Notes under the pieces: model-generated
Database searches by the model: none
What the model saw: the letters and a program-made list of their open reading frames with translations, nothing else
Told to the model about the DNA's origin: nothing
Origin: a virus
Taxonomy: Duplodnaviria; Caudoviricetes
Strand: one strand, 5' to 3'
DNA length: 47,959 nucleotides
Virus record (IMG/VR): IMGVR_UViG_3300031757_000002
Span: 1 to 47,959 of that record
Part shown: piece by piece, positions 20,997 through 29,260 of the stretch
Numbering within the stretch: position 1 is the stretch's first letter
Layout of the letters: each line of letters opens with the position of its first letter
Program-made: the position numbers and the translations under genes

Positions 20997-21926
20997 GTGT
21001 CTATAGAAATAAACCCAAAATTAAAACTCTTTCACAACACCAGGCACGCCTCTGGTAGGCACAGAAAGATAGGCAGAAACGAAAACTCTACGAGCCCTTG
21101 GTTAGAGAAATTTGACTGGATAATAGATACCCACCTCGACTGGAAGAGGGGAATGAGGACTATGAGTAAGATAAAAACAGAGCAGTGCTCCCCTCCCTCA
21201 ACTGTTTTCGTAAAAATGAACCACCTAAAGCATTTTATAAATAATATACTACCAACAATAGAGTCAGAATTTGTATTATGCCTAGGAAATGCAGACAAGA
21301 CCATAAGAATGGTCCTAAATCGAGACCAAAGAAAAAAACTTTTAAGCGAAAAAAAGATAATTAAAATTTTTTCAGAAGAAAAAGACATAGACTCCGACAG
21401 GATACGAGCCGTGCCCATCGGCCTACATCCTACCCCTATGATAAATTACCATAATGAACTCAAGTCCTTGACTAGCGATATAAATATAGAAGAAAAAGAG
21501 CCAATCGCATGCGGGGGATGGAGCCCTTGGGGCAAAACCGTATTCGGGACGAGGAGAGACCGCTCAGAAGCACAGCGATATATGGAGAACAATAAAGATT
21601 TCTGCTACTTCTTTGGGGGCTTTACCCACGTAGGTTACTGGGAGGTAGTAAAATCCCATAGATTCTTTTTGTCGCCATTAGGTACGTCATACGATTCATT
21701 CAAAACGTTTGAGGCGCTAGCCTTAAAAACGATACCAATTATACAAAAACTAGGGGTGTGGCAGGAGGCATACGATGACCTTCCAGTGGTAATGATCGAT
21801 GATTTCTCAGAAATAAACCCCAGGAATCTAGATTTATGGTGGAAGGAACTCTCTCCACAATTAAATAATTTGCACGAGAAACTGACTACAGACTACCAAT
21901 GGAGGAAGATTCTAAATGAAATTTAA
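20997..21926 (+). CDS. Exostosin/GT47-like glycosyltransferase
   Basis: FFLSPLGTSYDSFKTFEALALKTIPII...YDDLPVV matches the SPxGxGxDxxRxxEAL motif; GTG start. Confidence 0.7.
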   Translation: MSIEINPKLKLFHNTRHASGRHRKIGRNENSTSPWLEKFDWIIDTHLDWKRGMRTMSKIKTEQCSPPSTVFVKMNHLKHFINNILPTIESEFVLCLGNADKTIRMVLNRDQRKKLLSEKKIIKIFSEEKDIDSDRIRAVPIGLHPTPMINYHNELKSLTSDINIEEKEPIACGGWSPWGKTVFGTRRDRSEAQRYMENNKDFCYFFGGFTHVGYWEVVKSHRFFLSPLGTSYDSFKTFEALALKTIPIIQKLGVWQEAYDDLPVVMIDDFSEINPRNLDLWWKELSPQLNNLHEKLTTDYQWRKILNEI

Positions 21927-22323
21927 AACCCTAACGGGGACGCAAAGAAGAATACAAAACATAAGAAAATATTTAATAAACTGGGAAAAAAAGAGCAAGA
22001 GCAATTTTCAATTTAAAACAAAGAAGTTCCTAAAGAAGTACTGGCTAAACCATGTTGTATTCGAGGAGCTTCCAGTTGCAGGAACAAAACTCTCACTAGA
22101 CTTCTATAACGCAAACGAAAAGGTTGCAGTAGAGGTGCAAGGAGAGCAGCATACGAAATTCGTCAAATTCTTCCACGGGACAAAAGCGAATTACGTAGAT
22201 CAGCTAAGAAGAGATGCGCAAAAAAAAGAATTTTGTGTAATTAATAATATAAAACTTGTCGAAATTCATCCGAAAGATAAGATAAATAGATCGTTATTTA
22301 AAAAATTCGACATAACACTATAA
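21916..22323 (+). CDS. Vsr/DUF559-like PD-(D/E)xK endonuclease
   Basis: LSLDFYNANEKVAVEVQGEQH...RDAQKKEFC. Confidence 0.72.
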   Translation: MKFKTLTGTQRRIQNIRKYLINWEKKSKSNFQFKTKKFLKKYWLNHVVFEELPVAGTKLSLDFYNANEKVAVEVQGEQHTKFVKFFHGTKANYVDQLRRDAQKKEFCVINNIKLVEIHPKDKINRSLFKKFDITL

Positions 22324-22351
22324 TAATACACACTCACTACAAATTAAAATT

Positions 22352-23263
22352 ATGAAAAAGATATTAACTCACCTCGCCATTCTATGCCTCTGCGCTAGCG
22401 CTTCAGGATTAACAACAAAAGAGAGAAGGGCGGTGGCGGAGTATCTGCAAGACATCTCAGTGACTATAAGGTCGGAATCTGGATACAATAGATCAGAAGG
22501 ATCTGGAGTTCTAATTACCCGAGAGATAAATAAGGAGAAGGTAACATTTGTGTGGACCTGCGCGCATGTAGTAGATAACCTCAGAGAAGTAAGAAGCGTA
22601 ATTGAAGACGGGAACCCAAAGAAAATTGTCGAATTTGACGATGTGCAAATAATTAAAGAGTTAGTCGAGTCGGGCCGCAGAGTTGGAGAGATAAAAATGG
22701 ACGCGACGGTAGTTAAGTTTAGCGATGCGGATGACGGGGAAGATTTGGCATTGCTCATGGTAAGAGCGAAAGACTATGGGAAGGCAAGCGCGGAATTTTA
22801 CCTAAACGAAAAGGATCCAATTATCCCGATTGGCACCCAATTATTTCATGTAGGTTCATTACTTGGGCAAATGGGAGCAAATAGCATGACTAGTGGCATA
22901 GTTTCACAAGTGGGCCGTATCCACGGCAAAGTAGAATTTGACCAAACTACAGTTACTGCATTCCCAGGATCATCGGGAGGAGGAGTATTCCTTCAAGACG
23001 GGAAGTATGTCGGAATGATCGTAAGAGGCGCGGGAGAAGGATTCAACCTCATGGTTCCAGTAAGAAGAATGAAGAGGTGGGCAGAGAAGCATGGTGTCAT
23101 GTGGGCACTAGACCCGTCAATCCCTGCCCCCACTCTAGATAAAATAAAAACCCTGCCAATAGAAAACGTATCGAAAGAAGACGGGGGCTCAAAGAAAAAA
23201 AAGAATTTTCCGTCAGAATTGAAAGAACTTCCGTATCTTATAAAAGAATACAATGCTGAATAG
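22352..23263 (+). CDS. Trypsin-like serine protease with signal peptide
   Basis: GSGVLI, TCAHVV (His), DLALL (Asp), PGSSGGG (Ser); N-terminus MKKILTHLAILCLCASASG. Confidence 0.88.
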   Translation: MKKILTHLAILCLCASASGLTTKERRAVAEYLQDISVTIRSESGYNRSEGSGVLITREINKEKVTFVWTCAHVVDNLREVRSVIEDGNPKKIVEFDDVQIIKELVESGRRVGEIKMDATVVKFSDADDGEDLALLMVRAKDYGKASAEFYLNEKDPIIPIGTQLFHVGSLLGQMGANSMTSGIVSQVGRIHGKVEFDQTTVTAFPGSSGGGVFLQDGKYVGMIVRGAGEGFNLMVPVRRMKRWAEKHGVMWALDPSIPAPTLDKIKTLPIENVSKEDGGSKKKKNFPSELKELPYLIKEYNAE

Positions 23264-23540
23264 CGAAGACGGTATAGACCCCGATGCGCTACCAAACTTT
23301 GCGCTACCAGAAAGCTTCTTGGATCAGCTTTTTGAATTTACTGGAGGGGCGAACGGGAACAAAGGGTTCACTCTGGTTTATACGGACCAAAACGGAAGGC
23401 CCATGGTATACACTCGATCAGATTCCCAAATAATAGAAATGGGACTCAGGAAATGTATGGAAAAATATTTAATTGATATAGAAAGTGCGGAAGGAATACT
23501 AGATTTAAGAGATGAAGACGACGAAGAAAAGCTTGACTAA
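23253..23540 (+). CDS. Hypothetical acidic protein upstream of the helicase
   Basis: 95-aa ORF overlapping the upstream stop. Confidence 0.65.
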   Translation: MLNSEDGIDPDALPNFALPESFLDQLFEFTGGANGNKGFTLVYTDQNGRPMVYTRSDSQIIEMGLRKCMEKYLIDIESAEGILDLRDEDDEEKLD

Positions 23541-23560
23541 GAGCCTTCTTTGTTTACATT
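23533..23560 (+). promoter_or_regulatory. Sigma70-like promoter, probably leaderless
   Basis: TTGACT-N16-TACATT-N6-ATG (23567). Confidence 0.7.
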
Positions 23561-23566
23561 CATTAA

Positions 23567-25141
23567 ATGATATACAGTTATGAGTTAGAGCAGCACCTAC
23601 TTGCAGGCTTAATAAAATATCCAGATAAATACGCCGAAGTGGCACCATTTATTGGAGCAAAAGATTTCTGCAAGACCAATTCCTCAGTTAACTCTACTAT
23701 ATATAGCATACTATCAAAATCCTTAAATTCGGGAGAAGTCCTAGACGAAACACTCCTTTCTGAGCGCATAAAGTCGCTGAATATATCCTTTGAAGATAAT
23801 GTGGACATAGTTCAATACATAAAACATTTAGGGTTAAAAAAAATATCTGAAGAGGGGGTGATAACAGCAGCAAAAGAACTTAAAAAGTTCACAATAAGAA
23901 GAGAAATATACTTTGCGTGCAACAACGTTGCGAAAAAAATGAAGTCAATGCCGCCAGATATGTCCTATAAAGACATCATAAGTCAGGCGGACAGAATTTA
24001 TAACGATCAATTAAACTTTTACGAAGCTGGGGCAAAACACCCAGAAGACATTTATGAGTCAATGCCCGAATTCATAGACCTTCGGGGGCAAAACTCAGAA
24101 AAATATAGCGAATCTGGAATGCTCGCTCCCCACATGCCAATGGTTAACGATTTATATGGGTCACTACTGAAGCCTGGCAACATTACAGTGGTTGTAGCAA
24201 GAACTGGAGTAGGGAAAACTCAATTCTGCATGGACTTCTGTACAAAAGTATCAAAAGAATACGATGTACCAGTACTGCATTTCGATAATGGAGAAATGAG
24301 CAAGGAGGAATTAATGCTCAGACAGTGCTCTGCATTAAGTGGCGTGCCACTTTACTACCTAGAGACAGGGAAATATATGCATGTAGAGGGGGCAAAAGGA
24401 GAGCAGATGAGGGCATCGATAGACGCCCTTTGGGAGAAAATCAAAAACAACAAGCTAAACTATTACTATTACAACGTAGGAGGGTTGAGCGTGGACGAAA
24501 TGGTTAATGCACTAAGGAGGTTTTATTACGCCAAGGTAGGAAGAGGCAACCCTTTAATTTTTAATTTTGATTACATTAAAACCGCCTCAGAAAAAAGTAA
24601 GGACAATTCTGCTTCCCACTGGGAGAGGGTTGGGGACATGGTAACCAAATTTAAGACTATAATTCAATCCGAGATAGTTGATTCAGATGGCCCATTAATT
24701 TCAATGTTCACAAGTGTGCAAAGCAACAGAACGGGAATTACAACAAACAGGAGGGCAGAGAATGTAATAGACGATGAAAGCATCGTTTCCCTATCTGACC
24801 AAATAACACAGTTCTGCTCTCACCTTTTTCTCTTAAGGAGAAAAACTAACGATGAAGCTATGGGCGAGCCTGCGAATTTCGGGTCGCACAAATTGATATG
24901 CCTTAAGCATCGCCACCTAGGCCCTAATGTAGCGAGAGCATTAAATCTCGTAGAGAGGGAGGAAACTGGAGCAAAGCAACAAAACTACATAAACCTAAAC
25001 TTGGACAATTTTGTTGTGGAAGAAAAGGGAGACCTGCAAGACATGGAAGATTACATAAGCAATGGGGCGGATCCAATACAGGATGGATCGTTCACAAACC
25101 GTGGAGAAATAGAGGAATCCCTGTTCCCGTCAGATGAGTAA
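23567..25141 (+). CDS. dnaB: Replicative DnaB-like helicase
   Basis: N-terminal ELEQHLLAGL, Walker A ARTGVGKT, NGEMS, FDYIK, VQSNR. Confidence 0.9.
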   Translation: MIYSYELEQHLLAGLIKYPDKYAEVAPFIGAKDFCKTNSSVNSTIYSILSKSLNSGEVLDETLLSERIKSLNISFEDNVDIVQYIKHLGLKKISEEGVITAAKELKKFTIRREIYFACNNVAKKMKSMPPDMSYKDIISQADRIYNDQLNFYEAGAKHPEDIYESMPEFIDLRGQNSEKYSESGMLAPHMPMVNDLYGSLLKPGNITVVVARTGVGKTQFCMDFCTKVSKEYDVPVLHFDNGEMSKEELMLRQCSALSGVPLYYLETGKYMHVEGAKGEQMRASIDALWEKIKNNKLNYYYYNVGGLSVDEMVNALRRFYYAKVGRGNPLIFNFDYIKTASEKSKDNSASHWERVGDMVTKFKTIIQSEIVDSDGPLISMFTSVQSNRTGITTNRRAENVIDDESIVSLSDQITQFCSHLFLLRRKTNDEAMGEPANFGSHKLICLKHRHLGPNVARALNLVEREETGAKQQNYINLNLDNFVVEEKGDLQDMEDYISNGADPIQDGSFTNRGEIEESLFPSDE

Positions 25142-26189
25142 TCAAGATAAAGTAAAAGAAATCCTAGACGAACTAGGCTACAGGCTCGCAGATAGGGGAT
25201 CCTACTGGCAGACGAATGCTGTATTCAGGGATGGAGACAATAAAACGGCAATACAGGTATACAAGGATACTGGAGTATGGAAGGATTACGTTGAAGGAAC
25301 AGAGTACTTGCCACTCCAAGCCTTGGTCAAAAAAACCTCTGGCACGGACAGTAAAAACCTAGATAAGATACTTGGAGAAATGAAAGAAGGGGAAGACCTC
25401 CATCATGTAGATAAGCTTGAGACCGAAAAAAGTTTCGATGATTCTGCATTTGAGAATTTAATACCTCATTATGATTTCTATACAGAAAAAGGCATATCAC
25501 TCAAAACACTAAAACATTTTCAATCTGGGCTATCGACAGGCGGCCAAATGTATCAGAGACATGTATTTCCGATACGGAATGAGCACCAAGAAATACATGG
25601 AGTCTCTGGGAGGGACGTGGGAAATACGAGCAATAGTGCTAGACCGAAATGGAAACACGTAGGAAAGACGAGCAACTGGGTATACCCGCTTTATTTAAAA
25701 AACAACATAGGAAACAGCCCATGCTACGAAAGCATTATCTCAAAAAAAGAAGTTATTATAGTAGAGAGTATAGGAGATTGCATAAATTTATATGAAAATG
25801 GATTCCAGAATTGCTTAGTTAGTTTTGGCTTAAATATTTCACAAAAGCTTATCTGCGCAATTACCGAACTCAACCCTTCAAAAATTACAATTTCATTTAA
25901 CAATGATAAACTCAGCGAAGAAAATAGAGGCTTAATCGCGTCAATAAAAAACTACTGCAAACTACTAAGCTTCTTTGACTATGAAAAGCTACAGATTTGC
26001 CTGCCAACAAAGAAAGATTTCGGAGACATGGACACAGAAGATTTTTCCCTATGGGAGAATAAGAAAAACTCCCTAAATTCAGACAACTTAAGAGCGCACA
26101 TAAGAAGCAGGGCGGAGGAGTTGTTCAGAAATAAAAAAATAAGTAAGAATCTATACTCGAAATTAAAAATCCTGCCAAAAGATGAATAA
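25134..26189 (+). CDS. DnaG-like Toprim primase with a Cys-less N-terminal domain
   Basis: RHVFPIRNE...GVSGR, KWKH, IIVESIGD, FNND, KKDFGDM; directly follows dnaB. Confidence 0.8.
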   Translation: MSNQDKVKEILDELGYRLADRGSYWQTNAVFRDGDNKTAIQVYKDTGVWKDYVEGTEYLPLQALVKKTSGTDSKNLDKILGEMKEGEDLHHVDKLETEKSFDDSAFENLIPHYDFYTEKGISLKTLKHFQSGLSTGGQMYQRHVFPIRNEHQEIHGVSGRDVGNTSNSARPKWKHVGKTSNWVYPLYLKNNIGNSPCYESIISKKEVIIVESIGDCINLYENGFQNCLVSFGLNISQKLICAITELNPSKITISFNNDKLSEENRGLIASIKNYCKLLSFFDYEKLQICLPTKKDFGDMDTEDFSLWENKKNSLNSDNLRAHIRSRAEELFRNKKISKNLYSKLKILPKDE

Positions 26190-27264
26190 AAACGTTAAAC
26201 TTTCAGCAAGTCGTATTAGCACGGCAAAAAAATGCTCCTGGCTATATTATTGCAAATATATCTTAAAGCTCCCAGATACATCAAACGACGGAGCGAGTAG
26301 AGGCTGGATATGCCACCTTATCTTTGAATGCTTAGGCAATCCAAGGCACAAAAAAACATACAATAAGATTATAAAAACGGGAGATATATTTTCCGTGGAG
26401 TCGGTAGAGAGGCTGGTTAGGCATTATGCCATAAAGCTAAAAGTTAATGACGAAGAAAATATTGAGCTCATAAAAGACATGACGCTCAACGGCTTACTAT
26501 ACGATTTCTTCGGCACGGACAACGGAGTACCAACTAAAGCAATATCTGAAGAGAAGTTTGACCTAAAGATAGATGAAGACGGAAAGAGGTATAACATACT
26601 AGGCTTTATAGATAAATTATTCCTTTACAAGAAGAAAAAAGAAGCCATAGTGAGGGACTTCAAAACAAGCAAGCAAGTATTTAAGGGTGCGGAAATAACG
26701 GACAACATGCAGAACCTAATGTACTGCTTGGCGGTAAAACACCTATACCCAGAATACCTAAAGAGGAAGAGTGAGTTCTTGTTTTTGAAATTCGAAGTGG
26801 GTAGAGATCTACTAGGGGCGCCCACGAAAGGCATAATAGAGATGGATAAACTTTCCGAAGAAGAACTAGAAGGCTTTGAGTTCCAATTGACAGAGATTCA
26901 GAAATACCTCGAATCCTTCGGGACAACCGAGGCGACTTCTAATTATGCGGCAGACCAAGGCTATCCATCAGATGGTACGTTTGGAGGCCCCCTCGTCTGC
27001 GGAAAAGACGGGTTCAAGATAAGTAGAGGGCAACCAGTATTAGACAACGAAGGGAAGCCGATAAAAGCGTATATATGCGCGTTCAGAAAATCCTTTGACT
27101 ATTATGCATTAATAAATGAGGATGGAACCATAGCGAAAACTTGCTTCCTAGATAAAAAGGATTCCCTAAAGAAGTCGGCGGGGCAACGTATAGAAAAAAG
27201 AACTTATGAGGGTTGTCCTCGCTGGACACAAAAGAAATCACTTGACGATGAGTTTACATTGTAA
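26182..27264 (+). CDS. RecB/AddB/Cas4-like PD-(D/E)xK exonuclease
   Basis: LSASRI..KKCSWLYY, GFIDKL, RDFKTS, QNLMY and C-terminal Cys residues. Confidence 0.82.
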   Translation: MNKNVKLSASRISTAKKCSWLYYCKYILKLPDTSNDGASRGWICHLIFECLGNPRHKKTYNKIIKTGDIFSVESVERLVRHYAIKLKVNDEENIELIKDMTLNGLLYDFFGTDNGVPTKAISEEKFDLKIDEDGKRYNILGFIDKLFLYKKKKEAIVRDFKTSKQVFKGAEITDNMQNLMYCLAVKHLYPEYLKRKSEFLFLKFEVGRDLLGAPTKGIIEMDKLSEEELEGFEFQLTEIQKYLESFGTTEATSNYAADQGYPSDGTFGGPLVCGKDGFKISRGQPVLDNEGKPIKAYICAFRKSFDYYALINEDGTIAKTCFLDKKDSLKKSAGQRIEKRTYEGCPRWTQKKSLDDEFTL

Positions 27265-27269
27265 ATATT
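27242..27269 (+). promoter_or_regulatory. Sigma70-like promoter, probably leaderless
   Basis: TTGACG-N16-AATATT-N6-ATG (27276). Confidence 0.55.
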
Positions 27270-27275
27270 ATAGCC

Positions 27276-28058
27276 ATGATTCCATTATGGAAAAGCCACT
27301 ACTCCATCGGAGGTAAGTCAATATTAACGCTTTCCGATCAAGCTCAAGACGGAGGATCAGATTCGATCTTCTCATTAATAAAGTCAGAGCAAATAAATAA
27401 ATTAATTCTAGTAGAGGACACAATGATTGGTTTCCTGGAAGCGGTGAAGAGAAGCGAACTATTAGATATTCAATTGATTTTTGGGCTGAGGGTTACGCTT
27501 TGTGCAGATGCCTCAATTCCAAAGAAGGACTCCAAAGAAGACAATTGCGAGCACAAGGCAATTATTTTTGCAAAAAATGATTCGGGATGCAAAAAACTCT
27601 ACAAAATATACTCCTCCGCCTTCTCGAAAGGAGAGGGTCGAGTGGACGAAGAAGTGCTAAGGGAGACGTGGGGCAACGGCGACCTAGAGATGGCCATCCC
27701 TTTTTACGATTCTTTCATTTTTAAAAACACAATGGGATTCAATAACTGCACCCCCCACCTGCAAGACTTTTCCCCTTCTTTTTTCATAGAAAGAAATGGA
27801 CTACCATTTGATTCTCTCGTGGAGGAAAAAGTTTTATCCTATTGCAAATCGTTTAAGCACGATGCGCATCTAGCAAAAAGCATATACTACAATAAAAGAA
27901 ATGATTTTGAGGCGTTCCAGACATATAAATGCATTTGCTCTAGAAATTTCGGGAGGCAGAGCACTCTATCGAGGCCAAACCTTGACCACTTTGCAAGCAG
28001 GGAATTCTGCTTTGAAAGTTACCTAGAAAATAAAGACCATGAGCTTACTTCGATTTAA
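27276..28058 (+). CDS. Stand-alone PHP domain of DNA polymerase III alpha (degenerate metal ligands)
   Basis: KSHYSIG, LIFGLRV and IIFAKNDSGCKKLYKIYS parallel the DnaE PHP segments HSxYS, PIxGxE and LLAKNxxGYxNL. Confidence 0.78.
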   Translation: MIPLWKSHYSIGGKSILTLSDQAQDGGSDSIFSLIKSEQINKLILVEDTMIGFLEAVKRSELLDIQLIFGLRVTLCADASIPKKDSKEDNCEHKAIIFAKNDSGCKKLYKIYSSAFSKGEGRVDEEVLRETWGNGDLEMAIPFYDSFIFKNTMGFNNCTPHLQDFSPSFFIERNGLPFDSLVEEKVLSYCKSFKHDAHLAKSIYYNKRNDFEAFQTYKCICSRNFGRQSTLSRPNLDHFASREFCFESYLENKDHELTSI

Positions 28059-28674
28059 TAAAGATCAAAAATATATGGTTTTTGATTTCGAAACCTGCAA
28101 CTTAAATTTAGCTTCCACGGAAAACAAACCATGGCAATTGAGCTTTCTCGTTTCTGAGGCGGGTAAAATTACAGAGAAGAAAGATTATTGGCTAAAATGG
28201 GACGACCTAAATATGTCCGCCGACGCAGCGAGGATCACAGGCTGGACTAAAAGAAAGTACGAAAGCCGCGCCCAAGACCCAGTTGCTCCATTGAAGCATT
28301 TTGAGAAATATTTATATGACGATTCTTACATTAAGGTGGCGCACAATGGGCTAGGGTTTGACGTTTATATCCACGGGATCTACAGGGAGCTCTTAGGGAA
28401 GAAAAGAGACTTTTCTTACTTAAAAAGCTTTGTAGACACAAACTGCTTAGCAAAAGCGATAAAGGCGGATATAAATTATGACAAAAATCAAGACCTACTC
28501 TCCTGGCAGTACAAGATGACAAGCTTTCGGAAAAGAGGACTAAAGACCTCCCTTACGCAGTGCTGCAAGGATTACGATGTGCCATTTGACCCAAAGAAAC
28601 TACATGACGCCCTATATGACATAGAGAAGAATTACGAAGTATTTAAAAAACTAATATGGAGTATAGAAATTTAA
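28039..28674 (+). CDS. DEDDh 3'-5' exonuclease (DnaQ/epsilon-like)
   Basis: ExoI VFDFET, ExoII AHNGLGFD, ExoIII LHDALYD. Confidence 0.88.
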   Translation: MSLLRFNKDQKYMVFDFETCNLNLASTENKPWQLSFLVSEAGKITEKKDYWLKWDDLNMSADAARITGWTKRKYESRAQDPVAPLKHFEKYLYDDSYIKVAHNGLGFDVYIHGIYRELLGKKRDFSYLKSFVDTNCLAKAIKADINYDKNQDLLSWQYKMTSFRKRGLKTSLTQCCKDYDVPFDPKKLHDALYDIEKNYEVFKKLIWSIEI

Positions 28675-28697
28675 AAACAAGCAAGAAAAAAACAAAA

Positions 28698-29231
28698 ATG
28701 TACAAACACAGCAAGGATAAAACAGGAGAGTGCGCAGTAACAGGGCACAATGCAGAACAACTTTTCGTAACCCTCGCAAGGGCTAGGGGCTATAGGGTAA
28801 GAAAAGCGAAGAGGGAAGAGCAATTTGCGCACATAGACTTCTTCCTATCAAATGCAGATACTACAATTTCCGTGGATGTGAAGGGTAGAAAGAAAATTTC
28901 CCGCAGAAATAAAAAATTTAACGATGACTGGATTTGGTTGGAGCTTACTAGCGTAAATGGAAAACCTGGCTGGCTTCAAAGTGGCCCAGACTTTATAGCC
29001 TTCGAAAGAGCGGGAGACTTTGTAATCTCAAATAGAGAAATACTTTACAATTGGCTAATGAATGACAGCCCAGCGAAAGAATCAATACAGAAAAAAGACT
29101 ATGTAGAAACAGCGAGAGAAGCAAAATATAAAATTTATAGAAGGAGAGGAAGAAAGGACGAATTAGTGCAGGTAAAAATAGAAGACATTTTAGCGCTAGA
29201 AACAACGACCCTCTGGGATAAAAATTCTTGA
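28698..29231 (+). CDS. Phage PD-(D/E)xK endonuclease-like protein
   Basis: HIDFF...VDVKGRKK...WIWLEL...GKPGWL...DFIAFE; ATG 28698 preferred over 28656, which overlaps the upstream gene. Confidence 0.7.
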   Translation: MYKHSKDKTGECAVTGHNAEQLFVTLARARGYRVRKAKREEQFAHIDFFLSNADTTISVDVKGRKKISRRNKKFNDDWIWLELTSVNGKPGWLQSGPDFIAFERAGDFVISNREILYNWLMNDSPAKESIQKKDYVETAREAKYKIYRRRGRKDELVQVKIEDILALETTTLWDKNS

Positions 29232-29260
29232 CATAATAGTTGCATAACCACATTTATAAT
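29228..29260 (+). promoter_or_regulatory. Sigma70-like promoter upstream of dnaE
   Basis: Perfect TTGACA overlapping the upstream TGA, 33 nt before ATG 29261; the -10 is ambiguous (CACATT at 29249 or TATAAT at 29255). Confidence 0.55.

Noticed and set aside
26182-27264. CRISPR-Cas (Cas4)
   Set aside because: No cas1, cas2 or array; the replisome context fits a phage exonuclease.
29240-29260. TTG start for dnaE
   Set aside because: It lies within the promoter; ATG 29261 fits the recurrent geometry.
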